Shown: piece after piece, positions 63,420-64,000 of the stretch
How positions within the stretch are numbered: the stretch's first letter is position 1
How the letters are laid out: the number at the start of each line of letters is the position of its first letter
Virus record (IMG/VR): IMGVR_UViG_3300036715_003906
Coordinates: 62,001-126,000 of that record
DNA: 64,000 bases
Reading direction: 5' to 3' (one strand)
Notes under the pieces: model-generated
What the model was told of the DNA's origin: nothing
Databases searched by the model: none
Seen by the model: only the letters and a program-made list of their open reading frames with translations
Translations under genes and position numbers: made by a program

Positions 63420-64000
63420 TTACCGCCCCTGCTTGATTCGCCGCAGGGCCTCCCGGGCACTCTCCGTCCCCCCCTGCTGGGTCGACTCCGTGACCGTCAC
63501 CCGCCCGCCCTCGGGCTTCTCGAACGTGGGGAGAAAGATCGGGACGTCCGACGAGGACGACGAGCCACCCTGAACGTGGACGTGGGACGGGGCCGCCGGA
63601 ACGCCCACCGTGACGACCGCCGGCCGGGACTGGAGTTCCGTGAGGAGCGTGAGCATCTGGTCAAAGCGGGGGTCGGGGGCGGGGCCCTTGGACGCGACCA
63701 GGCCCTGGAGAATACGGATCTCCGCGTCCCGCTCACCCACCTGGGCCTGGGTCCGTGCCAGGTGCTCCCTCAGTCCCTCGACCTGGGCCTGGAGGTCAGC
63801 CTTCTCCCGCTCCAGCACCGCGAGCCGGTCCTGCACGTCCGTGTCCACGGGGGGCCCGCCCCCCTCCAGGGGCAGTCCCCGCCTCACCCGCGCAAGGAGA
63901 CTCTGGTTGACCGCCCGCCACAGGTCGCGGGAGGAGAGAGCCTTGTCCGTCGCTATCGCCACCACCTCACCCTCCGTGATGATCAGCGAAAGATCCGCGA
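63420..64000 (-). CDS. Coiled-coil protein, partial (frame open past the window end)
   Basis: The in-frame sequence stays open to 63998 (ADLSLIITEGEVV...). Heptad segment LAVLEREKADLQAQVEGLREHL. Confidence 0.7.
   Translation of the reverse strand, partial: ADLSLIITEGEVVAIATDKALSSRDLWRAVNQSLLARVRRGLPLEGGGPPVDTDVQDRLAVLEREKADLQAQVEGLREHLARTQAQVGERDAEIRILQGLVASKGPAPDPRFDQMLTLLTELQSRPAVVTVGVPAAPSHVHVQGGSSSSSDVPIFLPTFEKPEGGRVTVTESTQQGGTESAREALRRIKQGR

Noticed and set aside
1-64000. Stop-codon reassignment (TAG or TGA recoding)
   Set aside because: TGA, TAG and TAA all end genes at sensible boundaries, and no conserved protein is broken by an in-frame stop.
1-64000. Extracellular contractile injection system or tailocin rather than a phage
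   Set aside because: The long tape measure, homing endonucleases, helicase and jumbo-type gene order fit a phage, and no Afp15-like AAA ATPase or toxin cargo is seen. Capsid genes are outside the window, so this is not formally excluded.

Overview
The window is very GC-rich (about 70% by eye). Its roughly 42 credible genes all lie on the minus strand in one tightly packed run with many ATGA/GTGA overlaps. It is the tail-morphogenesis region of a large contractile-tailed phage or prophage (jumbo-like myovirus). In transcription order (right to left): a coiled-coil protein (partial), a hypothetical protein, a Dps-like ferritin, an actin-like ATPase, a putative tail-completion protein, an FmdB zinc ribbon and a giant 1427-aa tail sheath. 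About 8.6 kb of non-tail genes follow (endonuclease, secreted lysozyme-like protein, UvrD helicase, HTH, DHH-like), then the tail tube, two chaperones, tape measure, two tube-initiator paralogues (one with a lysozyme domain), hub, spike, a large baseplate cluster and fibre/lectin-like proteins. Two putative free-standing homing endonucleases sit at the 3' ends of structural genes. The most interesting signals are the actin-like ATPase and Dps with an intact ferroxidase signature placed directly upstream of the sheath, the helicase island between sheath and tube, a recurring YYYYTAT(C/G) upstream motif, two 'TTA-G' junctions where the apparent stop is one base out of frame, and a 144-bp duplication that creates a free micro-protein copy of a giant protein's N-terminus. 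All functional calls come from motif recognition and gene order, not database searches. No tRNA, rRNA or CRISPR array was seen. The long plus-strand ORFs are judged antisense shadows.
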